In this document: positions 1 to 11,199 of the stretch, in pieces | Numbering within the stretch: position 1 is the stretch's first letter | Layout: every line of letters begins with the position of its first letter | Assembly (NCBI GenBank): GCA_010909165.1 | Contig: MU008210.1 | Coordinates: 62,001-126,000 of the forward strand | Reading direction: 5' to 3' | Source: Anthoceros angustus | Lineage: Eukaryota; Plantae; Anthocerotophyta | DNA length: 64,000 bases | Program-made: the position numbers and the translations under genes | The notes under the pieces: model-generated | The model's input: only the letters and a program-made list of their open reading frames with translations | Databases searched by the model: none | Told to the model about the DNA's origin: nothing

Positions 1-2451
1 AGGACTCGTGAGGAACTTTGGAGGAGAATTTCGTTTCAATCATGTGAGTTGGTGCTTGGGAAGGCTAGGTGCAAGGCCAGGTGGCTTGTGGCAAGGTGAA
101 GAAGAAGGGCGTGAGCTCGGAGGAGGTGGAAGTCCGCCCAAGAGAAAGAGCGGGAGGAAATTGAGGAAGAAGAGAAGGGAGAAGAAGGTTGGGGCGCAAC
201 CCAACACTTGTCAAGCTCGTGAGGGTGCCTAGGAGGGTGGAGCGTGGCAAGATTGCTAGGAAACCGTGAAGGAAGGGCTCCTAAATTGCTGTGGCAGGTG
301 TAAGAGCCCGTGGGGGAATTTTGGTGAGCTTTCTCTTGCAGGAGAAATCGGGGTCACTACGGGTTCCACGAGTGGGGCGTCAACATCATGCGCATCCCCA
401 AGCTGAGCCCCTTGAAAGCCAGAACTCCCCATGTCTTGTGCAGCTCCTTCACTCCCCATGTCTTGTGCGGCCCTTCAATAGTTTCACCCACGAGTGGCAC
501 GAGAACACTGAGTTTACCAATCTTTTTTGGTGCTAACCCTCTTTGCTTTCGGGGCCGTTTCAAGTAGCATGCTTGGGCGAGAGCATCGCCTCGCTCCCGT
601 TGCGGCGATATCTCACACCTGACCTTCAACCGATCCTTGGCCTCGCCTACTACAAAAAAAGTTTGACACCTGCAGCCAAAGGGCTATGGAGTACTCTGAA
701 CTTCCTGTCAGTGTGACTCCTAAATTTCAAAATAGGAATCTCCAACCCGGTATGAGCACTCGAGCACTTCCCGCGAATACGAGGTTTAAAATTGAAACCA
801 AAAGTCTCTCTCCTATGGAGGAGAGAGAACATTCATTTTAAATTTCAAAGGCCCCTCTCTCTAGCCGGATCACGAAACAGTGGACAGGGACTCTCTCTCC
901 CCGTCCAGAGTGTGGTGCCAGCGTCACACATCGAGTGTTAGATTTGCACTTTCATAATTAAATCTCACCACAAATAGTTTCTACCATAAATGAATCTTTT
1001 TTCTCGCTGAATGTTTTTGAGTGCATCTGTTTTGATGGTCACCCTTGCTCTAAAAATTTTCAGACAAATTGGACATCATTTGATCAATCCAAAATTATCT
1101 AAACGGAAAAAGTGGACACATGTGGACATAAATCCGCGTTACGATTGTTGCATACTTACATGGTACACCAAACCATACTTCAACCCACATCTTCAACTAT
1201 TGTCGAATCATTGTCTCCTTGCCAGTGACTCCATTCCTTCCTTTTTTCTTTATGCCCCGTAGCTGCTGACAATGCATAGGCCTCCATATCATAGTCATTC
1301 GAAATCCTCTTCTACTGGCGCTGCATGGCTCATCATGTTGGCAAGCTCCTTCAATAACTTCTCCACTTGCCCCATCAACGCTTTCCGTGTGGGAACATGC
1401 CTGTCTTTTTCAGCCTTTGCACTCGCCATCTCCTTTGGCTTGAGTTCCGGGTGAGCCTCCTAGCAAGCTGCTTTGATGTGTTGCTCCTGATCACATTATG
1501 CTCTCCTCAGTATGCGTTTGTGACTGCATCTCCTTTCAATATTTTCTCAGCCACTTGGAACACCTCAACCAACTGATAGGTTTCACCATACAAGGAATGC
1601 ACTGCATCAGCCATCTTTCTCCACTTTGTATGTGGTCCCACGTGTTACGCCCTCTCTTCAAAATCCTAAGGGGATATTGCTTCCATATTTGCATTTAAGG
1701 GTTAGGTGGGGCCCCTAACTTCACTGAGATGAGACAAAACTTTGAAGGAGGATTTGGCACACATTGGGGCCTTTCTCATCAGGATCCACGAGGCATTTGG
1801 TCTCCTCTCTTCTTGCTTTGCCGCCCGGTACCTTATTTATTTGCATGCGTCCCTCTTGGCTTAGCTAACGAGGACTTTGACAACCAGGTATGTAGGCGTT
1901 GGATGACATCATCGGCCCAAGTACGAGGGGATTTTATAGAAATATATCAAAATTTGATTCGATGTTATTGATTTATTAAATAAAATAATAAGGTATATCT
2001 ATTGTGTACTACCAAAGTGATGAGTACCGCATAGGGTTTCGTCTGTAGGATGAAGCACTTTGCTTTGCAGCTTGGGGTGGAAGTTTGACAAGCAGGGCTT
2101 GGCACTTGGATGGGAGAGCTAGAAATGGTTTTGTGTGGAGTCTTGCTTGTAGCGGCATGGATGGCTATTCGGCTTCTACTCTGTTGCAAATAAAGAGTAG
2201 CATCTCATCGAGGTGGCACTGCGGTTGTCAAGGACGGGCTGCTTGGAGCCTAACGCAGTGTTGAGAGGAAGAGATCGTTGTGAATTGACAAGACCAAAGG
2301 GCGTGTTGAGAAAAATAGAGCATTGTGAGGTTCCACTTCCCTTGAGCTCAGGAGTGAAATGGCAAGACCCAAGGCGATGTGCTGCTTCCACCTGTCACAA
2401 TTACAGTGGTTGCGCAGTAGAGGGTGTCATTTATATGATATTTTGTTTCTT

Positions 2452-2487
2452 GAAGAAGAAGAAGAAGAAGAAGAAGAAGAAGAAGAA
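2452..2487. repeat. (GAA)12 microsatellite
   Basis: Twelve perfect GAA units, counted directly. They explain the poly-Lys run in ORF 2213..2551. Confidence 0.95.
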
Positions 2488-2525
2488 GACTAGAAAGGTA
2501 CAGAAAGCATGCAACTATGCACCTA

Positions 2526-3300
2526 ATTTCTTTGCAACTTTCATAATTTAACTCATTCTTGAGTGTCTCTTTGTCTTAGTTTCTTTCGCATGATGTTGGT
2601 AGGATTCTACAACATCTCTTGCATATTTCCACTATGCCAGTAAAGTTATAGCTTTACAACCATCTTGCAGGCATCTTCCCAGTTTTTTGAGAACCCAAAC
2701 ATCGCTCCTGAATATTATTCTAGGCGTCAAGACTTCGTTTTGGTTTCACATTGATCTAATATACTATTGTCATGAGGTTTCACAAAGCAGCCTATAAGGG
2801 GATGCGATTGAGCATAGAATGCAATAGGCAATGCTAGAATATTCGGCCTTGAACTAGATTATGGTTACATATTTAAATTTATATTGTGCATTTCAATCAG
2901 AAGTAGCCCTGCAAGGCTCTCGTTACAACAAGTGGGCCCGTAGGCTTTTTATAACAACTGTGAGGACTTTTTACAACGGCCCGTAGGCTTTTACAATAAA
3001 ACCCATAAGGCTTTTACAAAAGCGATCCGTAGGGTATTTTACAACAAAGGTCGGTAGATTTTTGAAGCCAAAATGCTAAAGAAACCTAACCCTAACAAAA
3101 CTATATCCTTGATTTCTTTGCAACTTTCATAATTTCACTCATTCTTAAGTGATTGTTCCTCCTAGTTTTCTTTTGCATGATATTTGTAGGGTTCTACACC
3201 TTTTCTTGCATATGTCCACTTTGATAGTAAAGTTATTGCTTTACAGCCTTCTTTCAAGCAGCTTTCCAGCTTTTCTAAGCAATCAAACATCACTCGTGAA
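2526..3300. repeat. Diverged ~190-bp direct repeat pair (2526-2712 and 3112-3300)
   Basis: Both copies start ATTTCTTTGCAACTTTCATAATTT and stay collinear through TAAAGTTAT...GCTTTACA and CAAACATC. Degenerate CCGTAGGCTTTTACAA units lie between them (~2930-3050). Confidence 0.8.
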
Positions 3301-4475
3301 CGACCCTAGAAGTCATGAATGACAAGAGAGATGAGATAGATTTACCATCTACCATATGATACTAAAAGGTTAGATGAAGTCAACAACAAATGACAGTTAT
3401 GTTCTAATACATATGGTAGAATCTGAGCTCTTCTATTCTACCTGTCACATCATATAACTAGGAAATATGGTACCATTGCAATGTCCGAACATACTAGGAA
3501 CTACGATACCATTGAAATATCCAAACATGGAGATGGCGCTGCGGGGTTGGGTAAGGAGCTAAATTGCGGCAAAGGTGGTCCCTCTCAACAACGTAATCTC
3601 TCAATCTTCCCCTTTCAACCCTTTATTAGGCAACCCTTCAAGGTTGCCTTGGGTAATCTATCTCAACCCCACACGCATGCCTGTAGTTAGCTAGGCCTAC
3701 CACAGCCAGGCTTGTTGCAACTGCTGCTTTAAGTCTTAAGTGTTAGAATATCAAGATATACCTAGAATTAGGGTATTCTTATATTATACTATAAAGAGAT
3801 TATACATGACACCTACAGACACTAGCAAAGCTACCTATAAGCTATCTAGCTGCGTCTGTGTCATAAGCACAATAGAGTCTATCTTGTATAGTCTGGTAGT
3901 GAGACTATTCATCTAATCTAGGAGGCCATTGGCCTTCTGCCTGAGAGCCTTCTATCCACTAGAGTAGCAAATGCTTGAATCTCTTACATTGAGGAAGAGT
4001 TCTATAGGAGAAGAATGGGCATACAACAAGTAACAAGAAGTTTTCTACACTACCGGCAATATCATATCAGGGAAAAAATCAAAATGTCAATATAATACGA
4101 CTAACGTCTTCTTCATATTTTTTTTCACATAATATCGAGATAAATACAAAATATGAGGGTATCTATCGATAAAAGAGTCACTTTGGATCTATATATGTAT
4201 GCATTGCTGGGCAGAAAATATGTTTGGGAATTTTGGGAATGATGACTTCACACCAAGAGTGAGTACTTCCATATATAATTTATTTAGATTAGATTTTGTG
4301 TATTTTTCCATTTTTTCTTTTTTGTTTCATGTATACTTGTACTGTTTGGGTACATGTGAGTACTTCCATATGTATTTGAATTCATTCATATTAGTTTTCT
4401 ATGATATTCTTCTTTTCTTTCTTCTTTATGGAATCAGTACTTACAAAATAAAATCTTTTGAATAGACTTGCAAGC

Positions 4476-4890
4476 ATGAGAGCTACCAAGAGAAGAGTGA
4501 CATTGCAAATGCAACAAAAAGACATTTTAGCCCACAGAGGCTAACAAGCTAATCACTCACAAGGCGCTAAGTGAATGGGCCACTAGCCATTTTCGAGTGA
4601 AGGTCTCTGGCAACCATCAAGCGAGTCATCAAGAAAGAATGTATTATCCAGAGTGTCAAACAACACGACTTAGAACGTAGACGCTTGCGACCTTGTGCAT
4701 CTCCTGAAGTTGAAAACAGTTGTATGATTGGTTTGTGGCAGAGAAGGGAGGAGCCGCAAAAGATGCTGAAATATGTAAACAGGCGAAAATTTTCTATGAG
4801 CAATTACCCGAAGAAGTGCGGAACAGACGGGCTCTCATATTTTCAAATGGGTGGGCCTCAGGATTCAAGCGTAGACATGGTATAGCATGA
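4476..4890 (+). pseudogene. pogo/Tigger-like (CENP-B/Tc5-type HTH) transposase N-terminal fragment
   Basis: Joining frames gives MRATKRRVTLQMQQKDIL...KALSEWATSHFRVKVS.ATIKRVIKK...SPEVEN.LYDWFV...IFSNGWASGFKRRHGI. This matches the HTH_Tnp_Tc5 pattern (S-N-G-W-x-x-x-F-K-x-R-H-G-I). No DDE domain follows. Confidence 0.75.
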
Positions 4891-6399
4891 CATGTAAAGC
4901 GTAGAAAACCTCGGGCTTAACCCCACAGTTAAGTTCAAAGAGCTCAAATTGAGACTTCTTAGATACGTCTAGAAGACTATCTCTTTTGTTCTCATGAGAT
5001 TCTTTAAGACTATTTTGGGCAGTTTGTTCCCATCATAATTTTGCATATGGTATAATTTTTTATTTAAAATTGGAAAAAACAAAGCAACCCTACTATCTGT
5101 ACCTATTTCGATGCCGACTCTAGACAATTCAAATGATCCTTTGTCTTCTTTTGGGCGAAGCTTGAGCTCCGATTGGCATGCACCAAGCTAAGGCTCACGA
5201 TCAAAACTACCTCCCGTCGGTGTCCCCACGATCATATCACGCTCGGCCAATTTCAATTTGTGTCAGGTAGATTGCGGCCTAGTCATATGCATGACTAGGC
5301 CGCAAGTCTAGCACAATTGTCTGTCGTAATCTTAGTCGATCGAGCGGTCCATAATTGATGATTTTGTGCCCGACGGGTGCTAAAAAGCTAAAGCATAAAA
5401 AGAAAAAGCCAAAATTTCAAGGTGTTTAAATTGATATACGGTATAGTATTATGGTGTTATTTCACGGACCATCGAGGCGTTCCCTTGGCGAGAGCAAAAA
5501 GCAAGGGGGTGGAGGGGAGGGATGAGGGAGCTCGAATCTGACGAGGAGGCTAGGGAGAAGTGAAGGAGGATGGAGCTCTTGCTACCCTTGTAGGATTGAG
5601 TTAGGGGGGCGCGCCCGACAGCGGATGCGCCTCAACACGTTTTCCCTCACCGGCATATCGAGATTTTTCAGACGAACCACAAACGGTCCATCCACAACTC
5701 TGGCAACTCTGTGAACTTCACGAACTAGGGACCAATCCATACACCCCGGCCTATAGCAACATGATGAAAATCATGCTAAGCTCTAAGCATAAAGCGTGAA
5801 AGTTTGGGACTAAATTGTCCGGTATGAGCTTGTCGGGGCAACTCCACCAATCTTATGCATGTGAGGACTATGGGGCTGCCTTGTCCCATAGGCTGAGACG
5901 ATCCGTGATCCCGGTGGGCCCATGTCCCAAAAGGGCGATCCGGCGATCCCGGCATGGGCACTGCTGTCCCAAGTGGGCTCCATCGGAATCTTAGCTATGG
6001 GGCTGCCATGTCCCATGGCTGGGGCGATCTGGTGCAGCTCCCTTGCCTCACATTACCCACTTATCGTCACTCAGTATTCGGGCTAACATGCTTTGAATGG
6101 GGCCAAAGTTTGTGATCCAGTATGAGTCCACCACAAAATCCCCTTGCAAGAACAAAATATCTTTGGGAGGCATCTGCTCCTAAAATAAAGAGATCCGCTG
6201 CGCAATGGCGAGAATCACGAGATTTCTTGAGATTTCTTGGCCAGCCAGTTTCTTTTGGTAGAGCCTAATTGAGCCTTGGCGCCTTGTAGGGAAGCCGGAG
6301 CAAAAAACACAGATCGATCGATCTTGGATTTCCAGTTACAGGGTTCACAAAGTGCTTTCCTCCCCTAACAGCGCGCTCGAGCACGATTTGAAGACTACC

Positions 6400-7192
6400 C
6401 TCATTCCTTGCCCCTTAGTCGGTGCAGTTGGTTGTAGCCGGAGTATCCATCCAAGAAGGAGTAAGTACTCCGTCACATACCTTGTCCAAGATTATAGTCC
6501 ACGAAGGGCATGGGGAAATGGTCCTTCTCGGTAGTGGCGTTGAGTTTCCTCCAATCCTGGCAGACACGGATCTGCCCTTGCTGTTTCTTGGGCACGATGA
6601 CAATGGGTGCTACCCATTCGATGTTTATGATTGGAAAGATGATGTCCGCCTCCAAATATTTGTCCAAGACCTCCTTGACCTTGAGCGAGTGTTTAGGATT
6701 CATTTTATACTGTCGAATCCGAACAGGCACCGCTCCTGGCTTCAGGTCTATCCGGTGTTCGCCCCACTGTTTCGGAATGCCTTTCATATCCGTGACCTTG
6801 AAAGCAAACACCTCGCTGAATTCCCCCAACAACTGTGTGAGGTCTCGCTTCAACTCCGCTGGCATACCCTTGCGGAATTTTAGGAATTTGCCCGGGCGGA
6901 CCTCCACGTCTTCCACATCGTCGGGATTGACCGTCTCCCTTTCCCTCGCCGCTTCGCTACGCCCAAAGCCGTCATCCTCCATCCGAGGTTCATCCTCACG
7001 CATCCCCCACTCTCGGAAAAGCTCGTCTGAGGTAAACCGGGTCACTTCTTCGGGGTCCTCCACCTCCTCGTTCGGTGGGTCTCCTCCCTTGCCCTCGTCC
7101 TCCTTAGCTGGCGCGGCCTCCACTCGGAAACAATTGACCACCTCCGCTCCAAAAGTGTCCCTCCGGTAGTCCATCTCTTCTTCGGACCACAA
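6400..7192 (-). pseudogene. pol: Ty3/gypsy reverse transcriptase, 5' part, frameshifted and truncated
   Basis: ORF 6473..7192 (EHRIDLKPGAVPVRIRQYKMNP...WVAPIVIVPKKQQGQIRVCQDWRKLNATTEKDHFPMPF), then SFLDGYSGYNQ in a shifted frame near 6420-6455. Confidence 0.9.
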
Positions 7193-7379
7193 GATTTTTG
7201 GAAAGGGGTAGGCGTCATCCGTATCCTCACGTTCGCGTTCCCACTGTCTTCGGCGGAGGTGTACCCCTCTGTGGTGCTTATCGTTTCCCCACAGTATGTG
7301 TCCTTGCTCCAGGTTATCGCTACTCGCCCTTCCCTTACCTTTGGATCCCAGTCAACTAGTTTGAAGTGTATCTCCTTCC

Positions 7380-7660
7380 TTCCGAAGTGTAGTTTTGTCT
7401 GGGCGAGTCCCAGCCAGGGACGCCCCAACAGTACCTCGTACCCCAGAGGTCCGGCGGGCTTGATGACCATGAAGTCCAATGTGTAGGGTGCCCCTGCTAT
7501 GGTTGCTTGGACTCCGGACAACTCCCCGCCGGCGCGCGCCGTGACATGTCCGCCATCCTGAGGGTTTTGGTGGATGGCTCAAATGCTGTGAACCCCAACC
7601 GCCTTGATGTGGCCTCCGTGATGAGGTTGACTCACCACAGTCTAGGGGGGCGTTTTTCAC
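7380..7660 (-). pseudogene. Retroviral-type aspartic protease region
   Basis: Joined frames: LDxG.VNLITEATSRRLGFTAFEPSTKTLRMAD...LSGVQATIAGAPYTLDFMVIK...YEVLLGRPWL. Confidence 0.75.
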
Positions 7661-8388
7661 GCAAGCGATTTCTACAGACCACCCGGCGCTCGGTCCGTAT
7701 GAGATACCACTCTTACCTCCACGTTCTTGGCCTTACGACCCGAGGCGTTTCGGCGTGGTTGTGTCTCCTTGATGGCCCTCCGGACTTCCTGCCGATACTT
7801 CGGATTGTCTCTTAACAACTGTCTGAGTGACACCAGGTGTTGTTGGTCCATCATCAAGTCAGCCACCTTGAAGGGCGTGGGCGGCTCCTTCGCTGAGTCG
7901 CGTGTCCGCCGTGATTCTTCTAGCGCTCCGCCACCGTTCCGCGGTGGCCGGGCCCCCTCCTGTCGGATCTCCTCCTGAAGCATCTCCGTCACTTCACGAA
8001 CCACATCCGGTGGAAACTGGGGTGTTGCCTTGGGTGGGTCCGTTCTCCACTATCGCTTCGGGGTTTTCTTCTCGGCTTCCTGCTGCCCTTCATCTTGCCT
8101 TCTTTGACTGGCTCTCCCTCCCTCGCGAGAGTCCCGTCCTCCGTATCGGTGGTACTCTCTCCATTCTTCTTCCTCTTTAACTGCCTTCTCTCCTTTCGCT
8201 CCTTCCGGCGGCTTTGGGTGGACACCTCTAATACCTCCAGGGCCACCTTCTCCTCCTTAGCCGATCCCGCTTTGTGCTACTCCGCCCCAAGTTCCCTCGG
8301 TGCCTCTTCCCACTCCGCCAGCTGTGCATCTTCAATCTGTAGCACCAGCGCGGTCTTAGGGAGAGGGGGCGTAGGTGGTCGTGGCTCC

Positions 8389-8911
8389 TCAGCCGGGGTG
8401 GCGTAGCGCACCGTCCTCGAGCGAGGGTTCGAACAAGGTATTGCCCGCCATGTGTCCTGCCTGCTTACAATCTCCACAGGCGTTCAAAATCCCCGTTACC
8501 TTGCCGAGTGGGGTATGGGCACGCATTGGAGTAGTGCCCTGGGTTCCCACAGTTCCAGCAGACCACCGCCGCCCGGAGAATTCCCGGAGGGGCTCCCATC
8601 TGTTCTGCATCGGGGGTCGATGCATGGATGGTCCGGCCGCCGTAGGGTACATCGTCTTGGGATACCGCGGCCCTGGCGGTGCTTCCTGCACTTGGTACGC
8701 GTCCTCCCACTGCTCCTCGGACTCTTCCCCGTAGTCGTACTCCACTTGGTTTACGGGTCTGGAGGGGCAGTTAGCCTTTGAATGCCCATGCTGGTGGCAC
8801 ACCGCACACCATAGATGAGTCCGAACCGTGGTGGCCGCCTTCCGCCGTTCTCTATCCTTCACCTGGTTGATTGTCAAATTCTTCCACCCTCTTCATTACC
8901 CGTTCCAGATC
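8389..8911 (-). pseudogene. gag: gypsy gag C-terminus with CCHC zinc knuckle; continues from 23428-23560 across the element A insertion
   Basis: Removing element A and one TTCCC restores the frame AGLREDLERVMK. CX2CX4HX4C lies in ORF 8389..8877. Confidence 0.8.
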
Positions 8912-8916
8912 TTCCC

Positions 8917-9135
8917 TAAAGTGGTATCGCCTACGCTGGAGCACGAGCAGCAAAACGCATGAGAGCACAAGAGAATAATACATTAAGATCAAGAAAGGTA
9001 TATAAAAGAGTGAGAGTATTGTAACCGTTTTTAAACCTAATAAAGTTATCGATGACCTAACCCTAATGAAACGTTAATAAAACTAGAGTTAGGTATGAAC
9101 TAAAAATAGGTAAAACTAAAAACTATTATCCAATA
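8917..9135 (-). repeat. Element A 3' LTR
   Basis: TAAAGTGGTATC...TTATCCAATA, near-identical to 23224-23422. Adjacent C-run at 9136-9143 is a G-rich PPT on the minus strand. Confidence 0.95.
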
Positions 9136-9187
9136 CCCCCCCCAGACCTAACTCAGGTAGAAACGCTTATGAAACGCTATCCAAAAC

Positions 9188-9559
9188 TTGGCTGAGGAAC
9201 GAGGGGGGCGCAAAACACTGTCTTCGGCTATGGTAGATCCACTCAGCTCAGCAGTTGCATGCCTGCTAGAGCTTGCAGTGGCTATCATGCTAGCTGCATG
9301 GATCCTGCTTCCACCTCGAGGCACTGCACCATACAGAGATGCGAGAAAGAGGCCAAAACATAACCTGACGGGAGGAGCTGAAGTGAAAGTGTTGGAGCAG
9401 AAATCCAAGCTGCGGTGTGGAAAGAAAAGGCTGTCTCCTGCTATCATCGATGCTGTAGTGACGAGAGAAGAGGAGCTGGTCATCTTCCAGGCTGCTTGCT
9501 TGCTTCCGCTGCCATATGACTCCTTGGAAGAAAGTAAGTTGATAAGGTGCCCTAATTAA
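9188..9559 (+). CDS. Antisense ORF in the 3' region of element A, unknown function
   Basis: 123-aa ORF between RNase H and the PPT. AAWILLPP resembles NAIWITLPP at the same position in element C. Confidence 0.35.
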   Translation: MAEERGGRKTLSSAMVDPLSSAVACLLELAVAIMLAAWILLPPRGTAPYRDARKRPKHNLTGGAEVKVLEQKSKLRCGKKRLSPAIIDAVVTREEELVIFQAACLLPLPYDSLEESKLIRCPN

Positions 9560-9696
9560 ATACTAGTGTTGCTTCATCCAGGGCTAACGGAGGTGATCTG
9601 TGGACACGTTGTGCAGCTAGGGATCCAATGATTGTCCTGTGCATGACACACAGACGCTGTGCGTTGAAAGGATGTCCCAATGCTGAACTGTAGGAG

Positions 9697-10720
9697 CTAA
9701 GCTCCTCCACCCTCTGGTGTTGAGCTGATGTGCATGCTTGAATCTTTGCTGTCAATCAGGCCTAGGGACTGTCGATGCTGATCATGAGTTGCCTTTGGAA
9801 GTCCCTTTGTAAGCAGGTCAGCCACATTGGCTGAAGTATGCACATATTGAAGCTTGATTGTCCCCATGTCTGCTGCCTGACGGATAAAGTGAAATTGTAT
9901 CTCTATGTGTTTAGATCTTGCATGCAGAATAGGGTTGGCTGTTAGGGCTATCGCTGACTGGTTATCGCACTGCAATAGAGTTGGTCCAGGCTGCTCCCAA
10001 TGAATACCATCTACAAATTGACGGACCCAAGTGATCTCACGAGCAGCCAAGGAAAGTGCACCATACTCGGCTTCAGTAGACGAGAGGCTGACTGTTGATA
10101 GCTTCTTAGATTGCCAACTAATTGCTGAGCCTTGCAGGAGGACACAATATCGACAATGGACTTGCGAGTCTCTCGTCTCACCTTGTCGGCATCGAAAAGA
10201 GGTGAGTACCTTTATTGCCATCATGTGAGTACTTGAGGAACATATGTTGAGTTCCCTTCAAATAGCGAAGTATTCTTTTGACAGCCACCCAATGCTTTGG
10301 TCCAGGGTTTGCAAGAAAACGGGAAACAATGCCAACAGCTTGTGAAATATCTGGACGAGTCCATCCAGCAAGATAAAGGAGACTGCCAACTGCCTCCCTA
10401 TAAAGGTACAATTTGCATGGCTGCTTTCTCCAGATCTGTAAGAGGGCAGTCTTCTAATGACAGTTTGTTGCTTGTAGAAACAGGCGTGGAGACTGGATTG
10501 GCACCCTGTAGATTGAATTTAGTCAACAATTGCCGAATGAAATGAGACTGGTGGATACATACATTGGTCATGTTCGGATCAAAAAGGAACTGAATGCCGA
10601 GGGCGAACTTCAAAGGGCCAACATCAGTCATATCCCACTCTTGAGAAAGTTCATGTTTAATAGAAGAGAGGATCTGCTCATCACTGGCGAACAAGAAGTT
10701 GTCGTCCACATAAAGGGCGA
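9697..10720 (-). pseudogene. pol: Element A RT C-terminus and RNase H (frameshifted)
   Basis: IIALYVDDNFLFASD; YREAVGSLLYLAGWTRPDIS; SKKLSTVSLSSTEAEYGAL...CDNQSAIAL...HARSKHIEIQFHFIR...ADLLTKGL. Confidence 0.95.
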
Positions 10721-10724
10721 TGAT

Positions 10725-10938
10725 AGTTAGAGATGCATATGCGGAAGCGTCTTGCATCAAGTAGATGCTTTATTAACAATGAATATGTTTAGTTCATAGG
10801 TGGGCTTATAAAGGATGGTTACGAGGGGGTGTGTCCTTTCACTAGCACGCTAGTTAACTAACTACCAACTAGCTGAGTCTAGTTTGACTAATCCACATTA
10901 GTGCGGTCTGACCTTAACCAGCAGCGTGCACTCTAACT
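10725..10938 (-). repeat. Element B 3' LTR
   Basis: Matches 18460-18679. Followed by CTCCCTCTC (PPT on the minus strand, 10939-10947). Confidence 0.95.
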
Positions 10939-11199
10939 CTCCCTCTCAGACACGTTGAGTTATCTGAGATCTCCGTAAAACAAAAGGAGACCACTCGTTG
11001 TCGGAGTCTTGCAATGTGCTACAGTCTTCCACTCGCCTGTCTCAACTCGCGGTCGTACTCCCTCGCGCTGAGGCTGGCTCTCCAGCGGCTCACGGAGTAG
11101 TACACCGGTTGTGGCCAGGGCAGAAGCAAGCTGTCTGCAACAACTGTCAACTTCAAGTGATGGAACAAAAGATGATAAGCCTCACCATATGAGTGACTT

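Larger units (their letters stand above)
6400..8911 (-). mobile_element. Ty3/gypsy (non-chromovirus, Athila/Tat-like) internal region: gag C-terminus, protease, 5' part of RT; truncated near 6400
   Basis: Zn knuckle CAVCHQHGHSKANC, protease-like LDxG-(x)-VNLITE, and RT motifs W(V)APIVIVPKK, RVCQDWRKLN, KDHFPMPF and SFLDGYSGYNQ. Order gag-PR-RT. Confidence 0.85.

Noticed and set aside
905-990. Possible PBS-like TGG motifs on the minus strand
   Set aside because: No adjacent LTR terminus and no convincing tRNA complement.
1260-1700. gag-like minus-strand fragment (HPELKPKEM...LMGQVEKLLKELA)
   Set aside because: Many stops, no diagnostic motif and no supporting LTR. Too weak to annotate.
2213-2551. 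Poly-lysine protein
   Set aside because: The Lys run comes from the (GAA)12 microsatellite, and the rest has no domain features.
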